Positions 1-8,202 of a stretch of DNA of 64,000 nucleotides are shown one piece after another. The position numbers and the translations under genes were made by a program. Each line of letters begins with the position of its first letter. Positions within the stretch are counted from its first letter, which is position 1. Below the pieces are notes generated by a model. It ran no database searches. It was not told where the DNA came from and worked only from the letters and a program-made list of their open reading frames with translations. The DNA comes from Candidatus Saccharimonadota bacterium (GTDB lineage Bacteria > Patescibacteriota > Saccharimonadia > Saccharimonadales > JAXHMH01), in NCBI GenBank assembly GCA_034521515.1, contig JAXHMH010000002.1, forward strand, positions 640,444-704,443. Direction: 5' to 3'.

Positions 1-497
1 TGACAGATACAGAGCTGGAAGGGGTTATGGCTCACGAACTAGGACATGTAAAAAATTATGATATTAGGGTAACAATGATAGCTTTTGCGCTTGTAGCAGT
101 CATTTCAATCCTAGCGGACATTATGCTTAGGATGGTTTGGTTTGGTGGTGGCAATCGTAACAATAATAGTAGTCATGGGATTATCATGATACTAGGGATA
201 GTTGCGGCGATTTTAGCGCCTATCATTGCTATGCTTATTCAGCTGGCAGTATCCAGGCGACGAGAATTTTTGGCAGATGCGACCGGAGCACTAACCACGC
301 GTTATCCAGAAGGTTTGGCGAGCGCGCTAGAAAAGATTGGTGCGCGTGGCAGTTCTATGAAACGACAAAACACTTCAACAGCTCACTTATTTTTTGCTAA
401 CCCCTTAAAAGGTAAGTCAATGTCCAAGCTATTTAGTACTCATCCGCCAGTCGAAGAACGAGCTAAAAGATTACGAGAAATGGGAACACACGCCTAG
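1..497 (+). CDS. htpX: HtpX-like M48 zinc metalloprotease, C-terminal part (5' end lies outside the window)
   Basis: The frame is open to the window edge (..TDTELEGVMAHELGHVKNYD). It has the HExxH motif HELGH, hydrophobic helices, and a C-terminal FSTHPPVEERAKRL typical of HtpX. Confidence 0.85.
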   Translation, partial: TDTELEGVMAHELGHVKNYDIRVTMIAFALVAVISILADIMLRMVWFGGGNRNNNSSHGIIMILGIVAAILAPIIAMLIQLAVSRRREFLADATGALTTRYPEGLASALEKIGARGSSMKRQNTSTAHLFFANPLKGKSMSKLFSTHPPVEERAKRLREMGTHA

Positions 498-505
498 AGG
501 ACTTA

Positions 506-1471
506 ATGAGCGCATCGAGTAAAAAACCAACAATCGGGAATAAAGAAACCAAGAAACGGGCTACAACAAAATCCCGGAAACTCGCGGCACCAACGTACCG
601 TTCATTTAAAATCAGTAAACCCATTAAACATCCAAATGGCTCGCTCCCTAGCTCGCTCAAGTTATTGAAGTGGAGTCTGGCGCATATATTGGCGCATAAA
701 AAAGTTTTTATTGGTATAACGGCCGTTTACTTACTTTTAACCGTAGTGTTCGTCAAAGGCTTTGGTGTCGGCGGGGATGTCACCGAGCTACGTGGAGTCG
801 TTGATGAACTATTAGCTGGCAGTGGTCGTTTGTTTACCGGCTTAACGCTATATGGTTTATTGGTGGGCTCAACCGGTAATGCTAGTTCAGGAATAGCTGG
901 CCTATACCAAACTATATTACTTATAATGGTAAGCTTGGCTCTTATTTGGGCGTTACGTCAAACCTACGCCAAGGAGCCAATCAGGATACGTGACGCGTTC
1001 TATAAAGGCATGTATCCACTTGTTCCTTTCATTCTAGTTTTGGCGGTGGTCGGTTTGCAATTGTTGCCGGCTATCATCGGCGGTGCGTTCTACAGCATAG
1101 TGGTTTCAGGTGGGCTTGCTGTTACCGGTGCAGAACAGGTTATCTGGCTGCTAGTTCTTGGTCTGCTGATACTTCTGTCGCTGTATATGGTAAGTTCCTC
1201 GCTCTTTGCGCTATATATCGTAACCTTGCCAGACATGACGCCAATGTCGGCACTACGTTCGGCACGCGAACTGGTTCGTTACAGACGCTGGTCTTTGATG
1301 AGAAAAATCATGGTACTCCCTTTCATACTATTGATTAGTGCAGCGGTCATAATGGTACCGTTGTTATTAACCGTAACTCTGATTGCTGAATATATATTTT
1401 TCATAGGTACAATGTTTGCATTAGCGGTCGTGCATAGCTATATGTATACCTTGTATAGAGAACTTCTATAG
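506..1471 (+). CDS. Polytopic membrane protein, function unknown
   Basis: 321-aa ORF with a basic N-terminus followed by several long hydrophobic segments. It is tightly packed between htpX and ligA. Confidence 0.55.
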   Translation: MSASSKKPTIGNKETKKRATTKSRKLAAPTYRSFKISKPIKHPNGSLPSSLKLLKWSLAHILAHKKVFIGITAVYLLLTVVFVKGFGVGGDVTELRGVVDELLAGSGRLFTGLTLYGLLVGSTGNASSGIAGLYQTILLIMVSLALIWALRQTYAKEPIRIRDAFYKGMYPLVPFILVLAVVGLQLLPAIIGGAFYSIVVSGGLAVTGAEQVIWLLVLGLLILLSLYMVSSSLFALYIVTLPDMTPMSALRSARELVRYRRWSLMRKIMVLPFILLISAAVIMVPLLLTVTLIAEYIFFIGTMFALAVVHSYMYTLYRELL

Positions 1472-1473
1472 AT

Positions 1474-3489
1474 ATGGTTAAAACTAAAGCAAGATACAAA
1501 GAACTAAAGCAGCTGCTCAATAAATATAATTATGAGTATCATGTACTGGATAAGCCATCGGTGAGTGATGCGGTGTATGACGGGTTGATGCGTGAACTTA
1601 AAGATCTTGAGCAAGCAAATCCGGAATTAATAACGTCCGATTCACCGTCGCAAAGGGTTGGGAATCAACCGCTTGATAAGTTTGAAAAGTTTGAGCACTC
1701 ATCACGAATGCTTAGTCTCAATGATGTATTCAACCGTGAAGATGTGGAGGCCTGGGTTAAGCGGACTGATAAATTAGCACCTGGTCAGACGCACGAGTTT
1801 AGTTGTGAACTTAAGATGGACGGCTTGGCGTGCGCGTTGCATTACAACAACGGTGTTCTGGAACGTGCGATAACTCGGGGGGATGGGTTGATTGGTGAGG
1901 ATGTAACACAAAATGTTCGCACTATTAGCAGTGTGCCGCTCCGGCTGCATGATGATGGTACAAATAGCATCTTCCTTAAAGGCCGCACTGAAGTTCGCGG
2001 TGAAATTATAATGCTCAAAAAAGATTTTGAGGCTCTCAATAAACAACGAGAAAAAGAGGGTTTACCGGTTTTTATGAACCCGCGCAATTTAGCAGCCGGA
2101 ACAATACGTCAGCTCGATCCAAAATTAGTGGCTGCCCGACCCTTGCAATTTAGAGGTTGGGATTTGTTGCGCGACAACAATGAAGATGTGCCAACATACG
2201 CTGATGCCTACAACACGATTTTGTCGCTGGGTGTCATGGTTAATAAGGAGCGTAAAGTCGTAAAAACGGTGGACGAAGTGATGCAATTTATTGACGTGTG
2301 GGAAGAGAAACGTCACGAGCTGCCGTTTCACACCGACGGCATTGTTATTAAATTAAACGACCGCCGTTTATATGCTCAACTTGGCGTTGTAGGTAAAAAC
2401 CCTCGTGCCGCTGTGGCTTATAAATACCCAGCGGAGGAAGCCACGACGGCTGTAAAAGACATTGCTATAAGCGTTGGCCGTACGGGAGCCGCAACACCTG
2501 TAGCTGTGTTTGATCCGGTGGTAGTTGCCGGTACAACCGTGCAACATGCCAGCTTGCATAATGCTGACGAGATTGAACGTAAAGATATACGAGTTGGCGA
2601 TACGGTTGTTATATATAAGGCGGGCGATATTATTCCGCAAGTCGACCGGGTTGTACATGAATTACGTCCTCGCGGTACCAGACGATTTAACATGGAGCAA
2701 GAGCTAAAGCGTCAGCACGGAGACTTGGAATTTGTGCGACCTAAAGGTGAGGCTGTGTATCGGGTAAAAGGCGCCACTGGGCCGCTGCTTTTAAAGCGAG
2801 GCCTACGTCACTTTGCCAGTAAAGGCGCGCTTGACATAGATACTTTGGGAGAAAAAAATGTTGAAGCTTTGGTTGATGCCGGACTTGTATCGGATTTAGC
2901 AGATATTTTTACACTTAAAGAAGATCAGCTTATTAAACTAGATAGATTTGCAGAAGTGAGCGCCAAAAAGCTCGTCTATGGTATACAGGCAAAAAAGACT
3001 CCGCCATTGCATCGGTTTATCTATGGTTTAGGCATCCGCCACGTTGGTGCACAGACCGCTATTGATCTGGCGAATCATTTTAAACGGCTCGATAATTTAG
3101 GTAGCGCCACTCTTCAAGAACTGCAATCAGTTGAAGGCGTGGGTGATATCGTCGCTAGCTCAATTGTGCTTTGGTTTGAAGATGACGACAACCAGCGATT
3201 GTTGGCCAAATTTCGCGCACTCGGCGTTTGGCCAAAAGAAGTAAAACAGACCGGAGGTAAATTAAACGGACAAAAATTTGCTATAACCGGCACTCTAGAA
3301 ACAATGGGTCGAGATGTCGCAGCAGAAAAAATAAGGGCACTTGGTGGCACATTTCAGTCATCTTTAGGTAAAGATACGGATTATCTCGTGGTGGGTAAAA
3401 ATGTTGGCTCCAGTAAACTTACCAAAGCAGATCGATACGGCACAAAGCAAATTTCTGAAGAAGATCTCCTCGATATTATTGACAAATAA
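1474..3489 (+). CDS. ligA: NAD-dependent DNA ligase LigA
   Basis: 671 aa. It has the adenylation motif CELKMDGLA, an OB/Zn/HhH region (GIRHVGAQTA) and a C-terminal BRCT-like region (FAITGTL..DYLVVG). Confidence 0.95.
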   Translation: MVKTKARYKELKQLLNKYNYEYHVLDKPSVSDAVYDGLMRELKDLEQANPELITSDSPSQRVGNQPLDKFEKFEHSSRMLSLNDVFNREDVEAWVKRTDKLAPGQTHEFSCELKMDGLACALHYNNGVLERAITRGDGLIGEDVTQNVRTISSVPLRLHDDGTNSIFLKGRTEVRGEIIMLKKDFEALNKQREKEGLPVFMNPRNLAAGTIRQLDPKLVAARPLQFRGWDLLRDNNEDVPTYADAYNTILSLGVMVNKERKVVKTVDEVMQFIDVWEEKRHELPFHTDGIVIKLNDRRLYAQLGVVGKNPRAAVAYKYPAEEATTAVKDIAISVGRTGAATPVAVFDPVVVAGTTVQHASLHNADEIERKDIRVGDTVVIYKAGDIIPQVDRVVHELRPRGTRRFNMEQELKRQHGDLEFVRPKGEAVYRVKGATGPLLLKRGLRHFASKGALDIDTLGEKNVEALVDAGLVSDLADIFTLKEDQLIKLDRFAEVSAKKLVYGIQAKKTPPLHRFIYGLGIRHVGAQTAIDLANHFKRLDNLGSATLQELQSVEGVGDIVASSIVLWFEDDDNQRLLAKFRALGVWPKEVKQTGGKLNGQKFAITGTLETMGRDVAAEKIRALGGTFQSSLGKDTDYLVVGKNVGSSKLTKADRYGTKQISEEDLLDIIDK

Positions 3490-3663
3490 GCAAAAACGGT
3501 TATTATAAAAGTGATCGTGCGCAAGGGCTGCTTGCGCGAGATAAAACAAACATCAAAAACAAAAAGCCCTTTGGTGGGCGCGCACGAGCAACCGCTCTGA
3601 TTCTAAAAAGGGATGGAGCGGTTTTTGCTGCAAAGAGTAGTATATGAGTTTAGGGAGTAGTTT

Positions 3664-4254
3664 ATGAGTGAACGCCAACAAGATGATCTGGGTCAACCAA
3701 CCCACGATGTTTTACATAAAATAAACAATTCGCCCGAAGTAGTTCGCGGGATAACCGAAGAAACGGTGGAGGTTGTTGAGTCTATCGGTGGTATTTTGGT
3801 CAGTCAGTATGTCACACAAGAACGATACGAACACTTGGGATACCACACGCTGTTGGTGCATGGCTTACAAGCGTCTGATAAAGTTACGAATGTTATCTCG
3901 GATAGAATAGATAAAACATTGATTGCCAGAGGTCTTAATGTAGAAGAAACGGCTGTTAATCCGCAATGTGTTACAGAGGCGGACATTGTAGATTTCCACA
4001 ATAATCTTCCGCAAGATAGTCAGACTGTAGGGCATGCAGTAACGAAAGTATTCCGTATGCTGGCCAATCATCTAAGATTCGAAAACGAGGACGAGCTTGT
4101 CTACTACGGTAAAGAGAATATTATTTTTGGAATTAGATACCAATCGTTTTTAGATTTATGCCAAGAAATTAACCACGGCGAGCTAAAGGTTAAAGGTATT
4201 GCCGAGTGGGGTCAGGATTTTCTTCAAGAATTTTACAACCAGATAACCGACTAA
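3664..4254 (+). CDS. Hypothetical protein
   Basis: 196-aa ORF with no motif recognised. Confidence 0.45.
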   Translation: MSERQQDDLGQPTHDVLHKINNSPEVVRGITEETVEVVESIGGILVSQYVTQERYEHLGYHTLLVHGLQASDKVTNVISDRIDKTLIARGLNVEETAVNPQCVTEADIVDFHNNLPQDSQTVGHAVTKVFRMLANHLRFENEDELVYYGKENIIFGIRYQSFLDLCQEINHGELKVKGIAEWGQDFLQEFYNQITD

Positions 4255-4288
4255 CAGCGTGGTTCGTAAGGAGATCGGTATCTAAGTC

Positions 4289-4297
4289 TGCTATAAT
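4289..4297 (+). promoter_or_regulatory. Extended -10 promoter element (TGcTATAAT) upstream of the tRNA locus
   Basis: TGCTATAAT lies about 65 nt upstream of the tRNA-like 5' end at 4362. Confidence 0.3.
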
Positions 4298-4361
4298 TTG
4301 TTCGATTCGCAAAGAAGTAACTTAAGGAGTTAAAAGGAATTCTCGATCGAAAATACTTGGT

Positions 4362-4389
4362 GGGGCTATAGCTCAGTTGGCTAGAGCGG
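4362..4389 (+). tRNA. tRNA 5' half only (acceptor strand GGGGCTA plus a canonical D-arm); the body is interrupted
   Basis: GGGGCTA-TA-GCTC-AGTTGGCTA-GAGC-G matches the 5' part of tRNA-Ala-type genes. It is followed by a 14-bp palindrome, not an anticodon arm, so no valid cloverleaf can be drawn locally. Confidence 0.45.
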
Positions 4390-4407
4390 TCGCCGCGGCG
4401 ACAGGTC
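4390..4407. repeat. 18-bp direct repeat, copy 1 (TCGCCGCGGCGACAGGTC; contains the palindrome GTCGCCGCGGCGAC)
   Basis: An exact second copy lies at 4735-4752. Confidence 0.9.
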
Positions 4408-4410
4408 GAT

Positions 4411-4665
4411 AAGTATTACGTAGACGTACTAAAAAGTTTAAAGACTGGGCGCCTATACACGGGTTCTACAGTTGATGTTGCAAAAAGGCTGCACGAGCAT
4501 GACAATGGCAAGCCCAAGGCAACTAAATTCACAAGACCTTTTGAGCTTGTCTACAAAGAAAGCTATAATACACGGACAGAGGCCTACAGAAGAGAAATGT
4601 ACTTTAAGACGGGCAGAGGTCGTGAGGAGTTGAAACATATATTGGGGTCGTCGTATAACGGCTAG
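4411..4665 (+). CDS. GIY-YIG nuclease family ORF (small COG2827/UPF0213-like) with no canonical start codon
   Basis: Translation reads KYYVDVLKSLKTGRLYTGSTVDVAKRLHEHDNGK..FTRPFELVYKESYNTRTEAYRREMYFK..GREELKHIL. The frame is open from 4372, but there is no ATG, GTG, TTG or CTG between the upstream stop (4369) and the conserved YYV block. The 3' end overlaps tRNA-Ala. Confidence 0.6.
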   Translation, partial: KYYVDVLKSLKTGRLYTGSTVDVAKRLHEHDNGKPKATKFTRPFELVYKESYNTRTEAYRREMYFKTGRGREELKHILGSSYNG

Positions 4666-4718
4666 TATGCATCCATGGCATGGATGAGATGGGAGTTCGA
4701 TTCTCCCCGACTCCACCA
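4644..4718 (+). tRNA. tRNA-Ala (anticodon GGC), CCA encoded
   Basis: Hand fold: GGGGTCG/CGACTCC acceptor stem with G3:U70, D-loop AACGGCTA, anticodon arm CATCC-ATGGCAT-GGATG, T-arm GGGAG-TTCGATT-CTCCC, ending ACCA. Confidence 0.8.
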
Positions 4719-4734
4719 TTTTTAGCTATTGCGA

Positions 4735-4752
4735 TCGCCGCGGCGACAGGTC
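4735..4752. repeat. 18-bp direct repeat, copy 2
   Basis: Identical to 4390-4407. It is followed by AAGGGTTCG, which resembles the 5' half of a T-arm. Confidence 0.9.
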
Positions 4753-4821
4753 AAGGGTTCGCCATATCATGAGATATGGCGCCCTGTCGGCCGACAGGGC
4801 GAGTCCCTGTCGTCTCCACCA
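4753..4821 (+). other. Highly structured segment ending in a tRNA-like 3' terminus (T-arm-like hairpin plus CGTCTCC-A-CCA)
   Basis: Perfect hairpins are GCCATATC-ATGA-GATATGGC (4761-4780) and GCCCTGTCGG/CCGACAGGGC (4781-4800). An alternative pairing is GACAGGG-CGAGT-CCCTGTC (4793-4811), followed by TCTCCACCA. Confidence 0.5.
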
Positions 4822-4843
4822 TTTGATTGTTACAAAGGACGTT

Positions 4844-5806
4844 ATGGCAAAGGAGCATAGGAACTTCTTTGCTGATACAATAGACTTTATGAATAACAAA
4901 TCTCAGATTTTACCTCAAATTAGTAACATAACCGCTCGGGTGCTGCTAGTTATAGGTGTATGTGCATTTTTTATATCTGGCTTTCTCTGGTTTCAACATG
5001 TATATAGCAGCCCGCGTAACGTTTTCCTAGGTATGTTAGAAAATAGTTTTCAAACGTATGGTATAGGGCGTTCGGTGGAGCAGTCGGATGACTTTCAGTC
5101 GATAGACCAGACAATCCTACTACAAGCCTACCGACAACAGGCTGCCCGGTCGATTACAGATTTAACGTATCCCAACGACGAATCGGATGCGCATGTTGTA
5201 ACAGAGGCGGTGGGTACACCAAAAGAAGACCTTATTCGTTATCGAAGTATCGAAACCTCTGAAGTGGGAGCTGATAATCAACCGCTGGATTTTAGCGAGA
5301 CAATTGATGAGTGGGGTCGCGCTGAGTCATCCTCCGGGCAGACGGATGGTGAACTGTTCACGGAAGCAAGTTTAGGGATTGTACCTTTCGGAGTGTTGGC
5401 GCACGAAGATCGTCAGGAGTTAACACAAACTATAGCTAACCGCGATGTATTTCAAGTCGACTACGCTGATACCGAAAAGAGTCTCTGGGGATGGCGACCA
5501 CAGCTGACGTATACGGTAACCGTTACACCAGAAGATTACATTGTTATGCTCAAACAATTCGCTCAATCCGTAGAGCTTAACCATCTGGAGGATATTGACC
5601 CAGCTCAATTTAGCGACTCGCCGGACTTACAGTTTCAGATAACGGTTGATGTCTGGTCGCGGCAATTACGTGAACTTGTTTTCGTAGATTCCGGACGTAC
5701 AGAACGCTACAGTTCGCACGGTGCTTTGCTTCCGATTACCATACCCGATGCGGAAGAAACCATATCTGTTGATGAACTTCAGACACGCCTTCAGAGTGTC
5801 CAGTAA
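4844..5806 (+). CDS. Membrane-anchored hypothetical protein
   Basis: The ORF-track start (4769) lies inside the hairpin/tRNA-like region. ATG 4844 has AAGGA upstream, and a single N-terminal TM helix follows. Confidence 0.55.
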   Translation: MAKEHRNFFADTIDFMNNKSQILPQISNITARVLLVIGVCAFFISGFLWFQHVYSSPRNVFLGMLENSFQTYGIGRSVEQSDDFQSIDQTILLQAYRQQAARSITDLTYPNDESDAHVVTEAVGTPKEDLIRYRSIETSEVGADNQPLDFSETIDEWGRAESSSGQTDGELFTEASLGIVPFGVLAHEDRQELTQTIANRDVFQVDYADTEKSLWGWRPQLTYTVTVTPEDYIVMLKQFAQSVELNHLEDIDPAQFSDSPDLQFQITVDVWSRQLRELVFVDSGRTERYSSHGALLPITIPDAEETISVDELQTRLQSVQ

Positions 5807-5862
5807 GGTTTTTTGTTGTCCTTTCATGGCATTTAAGACCTTGCTCATCTATACTTTGACAC

Positions 5863-6624
5863 ATGCAAGCAATCGTACGCGACCTATTGGTTAACTACAC
5901 CTCCAGGGGTAAGGGTAAAGCAATACTCTTATTGCACGGTTGGGGTGATAGTGCCGATACGTTCTCCATTTTGCAAAAACAATTATCGGGCGATTATCAC
6001 GTGGTTTCAGTTGATTTACCGGGGTTTGGTAAATCACAGACGCCTAACACAGCTTGGGGTCTTGATGAGTATGCGGAGTTTACAGCGTCCTTTGTAAAAA
6101 AGGTTGGCATACAACCGCCTTACGCTATAATCGGCCATTCAAACGGTGGGGCAATTGCAACCCGTGGCCTAGGTACGGATACGCTTCAGACTGACAAGTT
6201 AATCTTGCTGGCGTCATCAGGGATTCGAGATGTATATAAGGTGCACAAAAAAGCACTCCGCTATCTGGTTAAGCTTGGTAAATATCTTACCATGCCACTG
6301 CCAATGTCCGTTAAGCGCGGTTTAAGAAATCGAATTTACCGATCTATTGGCTCGGATATGTTGGTTGCTGAACATATGCAAGAAACGTTTAAGAAAGTTA
6401 TTACAGACGATGTTCAGTCCGATGCCAAAAACATTACCGCCCGAACATTGCTTTTGTATGGCGGCCACGATAACGCTACGCCTACTAGTTATGGTGAAAC
6501 GTTCCACAGCCTCATTCAAAACTCTAAGCTTGACGTTTTGCCAGAAGCTGGCCACTTTATTCATCAGGATGCTGCCGAAGACGTCGTTAAACGAGTACAG
6601 GCTTTTCTCGGAGAAAAGTCATGA
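5863..6624 (+). CDS. Alpha/beta-fold hydrolase
   Basis: Contains LLHGWGDS and the nucleophile elbow GHSNGG, with a C-terminal His region (GHFIHQD). Confidence 0.75.
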   Translation: MQAIVRDLLVNYTSRGKGKAILLLHGWGDSADTFSILQKQLSGDYHVVSVDLPGFGKSQTPNTAWGLDEYAEFTASFVKKVGIQPPYAIIGHSNGGAIATRGLGTDTLQTDKLILLASSGIRDVYKVHKKALRYLVKLGKYLTMPLPMSVKRGLRNRIYRSIGSDMLVAEHMQETFKKVITDDVQSDAKNITARTLLLYGGHDNATPTSYGETFHSLIQNSKLDVLPEAGHFIHQDAAEDVVKRVQAFLGEKS

Positions 6625-8030
6625 ATTTTTTGAGCTATTACCGACTAAAAGCACCGCACATTCTAGTGTATATGTTGCAGCAGGTGGAGTATCAGCCAAA
6701 ATTATTTTTGCGCTGGCTGTTACGTTACCCGGACTTAAACCGGGTTATGGCGCGACAAACTCTTGTTAAAACACGAAAAGCTAAGATGTTACTCGTGCTA
6801 GCTTATATGACTTGGGTAGCTAGTTTGGCGGCTGCTGCTTGGTCTGTTGTTGACGGATTATATCCAATCGCGGTAATAATTTTTGTTGGTACACCGTTCG
6901 TAGTCGCGGGGGTTCTTGCAACTGTTGCTTTACTAGCACGCTTGGTTGTCGTAAATCCTGCAGAGCGCAAAGAGATTACTCGAGCAAAAGCACAGTTAGA
7001 ATCTATGGACGTAACGGTCATAGCAATCTTGGGAAGTTACGGCAAAACTACCATGAAGCAACTGCTTGAAACTGTGCTGAGAGAAGGAAAGCGCGTCGCT
7101 GCAACGCCTGGCAACAAAAATGTCCTAATTAGCCAGGCTCGTTGGATTAACCGTCTTCAGGGCGACGAAGAAGTCTTGATCATAGAATATGGTGAAGCGT
7201 ATCCGGGGGATGTTGGCAAAATGGCCGCATTTACGCAACCGGACATAGCGGTTATCACTGGTCTAGCGCCGGCACATCTTGATGAATATGGTTCTCTCGA
7301 TGCTGTGATGGCGGATTTTTCGGATGTTGTGCATTATGTCGGAGATAATCTTTACACCAACGGCGAATCGTTTGAATTAAGTGACAGAGTGCATAAAAGT
7401 ATAGCCTATACCATTAATGGGGTTGGGGAGTGGAAGGTTGATGACATAAAATCCTCTATAAGCGGGACTGAGTTCACTCTAAACCATAAAAAGCAAAAAC
7501 TTAGCCTTCAAACTTCTCTACTTGGTTTGCACCAGATTGGGCCATTATGCGCCATTGCGGCAATCGCTAAACAGCTCGGGCTTAGCGATAAACAGATCGA
7601 ACAGGGTGTTTCTCACACGCAACCATATGAGCATAGGATGCAGCCATACAAGATGGCCGGAGCTTGGATTATTGATGATACTTATAACGGTAATATTGAG
7701 GGAGCCAAAGCCGGGCTGCGATTCTTAAATGAGCTTACAGCTGATGGAAACAAAATTTACGTTACACCTGGCTTTGTTGAGCAAGGCGACATGAAGCAGC
7801 AGGTTCACGAAGAGCTTGGGCGAGCAATTGCCGCTGCACACCCCGATAAAGTGGTGCTTATGCAGAACTCAACCACCAGTTATATACAAAATGGGCTGCG
7901 TGAAGCTGGTTTTGATGGCGAGCTGCTTATAGAAGGCAAGCCATTAGAGTTTTATACCAATCTGGAGCATTTTGTTGCCCAGGGTGATATCGTGCTAATG
8001 CAGAACGACTGGACAGACAACTACAGCTAG
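6621..8030 (+). CDS. murF: Mur ligase family protein, MurF-like, with an N-terminal transmembrane region
   Basis: P-loop GSYGKTTMKQ and a DDTYNGN motif (MurF-type DDxYNANP). It lies next to ddl. The first ~120 aa are hydrophobic helices rather than the usual MurF N-domain. Confidence 0.7.
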   Translation: MNFLSYYRLKAPHILVYMLQQVEYQPKLFLRWLLRYPDLNRVMARQTLVKTRKAKMLLVLAYMTWVASLAAAAWSVVDGLYPIAVIIFVGTPFVVAGVLATVALLARLVVVNPAERKEITRAKAQLESMDVTVIAILGSYGKTTMKQLLETVLREGKRVAATPGNKNVLISQARWINRLQGDEEVLIIEYGEAYPGDVGKMAAFTQPDIAVITGLAPAHLDEYGSLDAVMADFSDVVHYVGDNLYTNGESFELSDRVHKSIAYTINGVGEWKVDDIKSSISGTEFTLNHKKQKLSLQTSLLGLHQIGPLCAIAAIAKQLGLSDKQIEQGVSHTQPYEHRMQPYKMAGAWIIDDTYNGNIEGAKAGLRFLNELTADGNKIYVTPGFVEQGDMKQQVHEELGRAIAAAHPDKVVLMQNSTTSYIQNGLREAGFDGELLIEGKPLEFYTNLEHFVAQGDIVLMQNDWTDNYS

Positions 8031-8083
8031 TTACCGCTGGATTTGCTCTATCCTGATTGACGACTAGAATTAAGCAAAAATCC

Positions 8084-8113
8084 TCACTTTATGTCCGATC
8101 GGACATAAAGTGA
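8084..8113. terminator. 30-bp perfect palindrome downstream of the murF-like gene
   Basis: TCACTTTATGTCCGA|TCGGACATAAAGTGA with no clear U-tract, so it could be a terminator or a protein-binding site. Confidence 0.4.
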
Positions 8114-8202
8114 AGAAATTATACGTTGATATTAGGTAGTTAGCTAATTGTATACGTTAATTGTAGGTTGAAATTGTAGTAAATGTGATATAAGCTAGAT
8201 TT

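Noticed and set aside
1774-3549. Multiple 60-100-aa ORFs antisense to or overlapping ligA. The same kind of shadow ORFs occur inside leuS, the P-type ATPase, arsA, rarA and other genes throughout the track.
   Set aside because: They lie wholly inside long, motif-supported genes on the opposite strand or in another frame, and have biased, low-complexity translations. They were treated as non-coding shadow ORFs.
4453-4719. 88-aa minus-strand ORF across the GIY-YIG/tRNA-Ala region, and the 4769-4843 N-terminal extension of the next plus-strand ORF.
   Set aside because: Both are made of tRNA and perfect-hairpin sequence. The plus-strand GIY-YIG frame and the tRNA fold explain the region better, and ATG 4844 with an AAGGA RBS is the credible start.
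4362-4821. tmRNA (ssrA) hypothesis, raised because of the GGGGCU... 5' end and the ...CUCCACCA 3' end.
   Set aside because: The 5' part has a full canonical tRNA D-arm, which tmRNA lacks. No tag-peptide reading frame ending in a hydrophobic (..LAA-like) tail was seen. The interior is occupied by a GIY-YIG frame and a complete tRNA-Ala.
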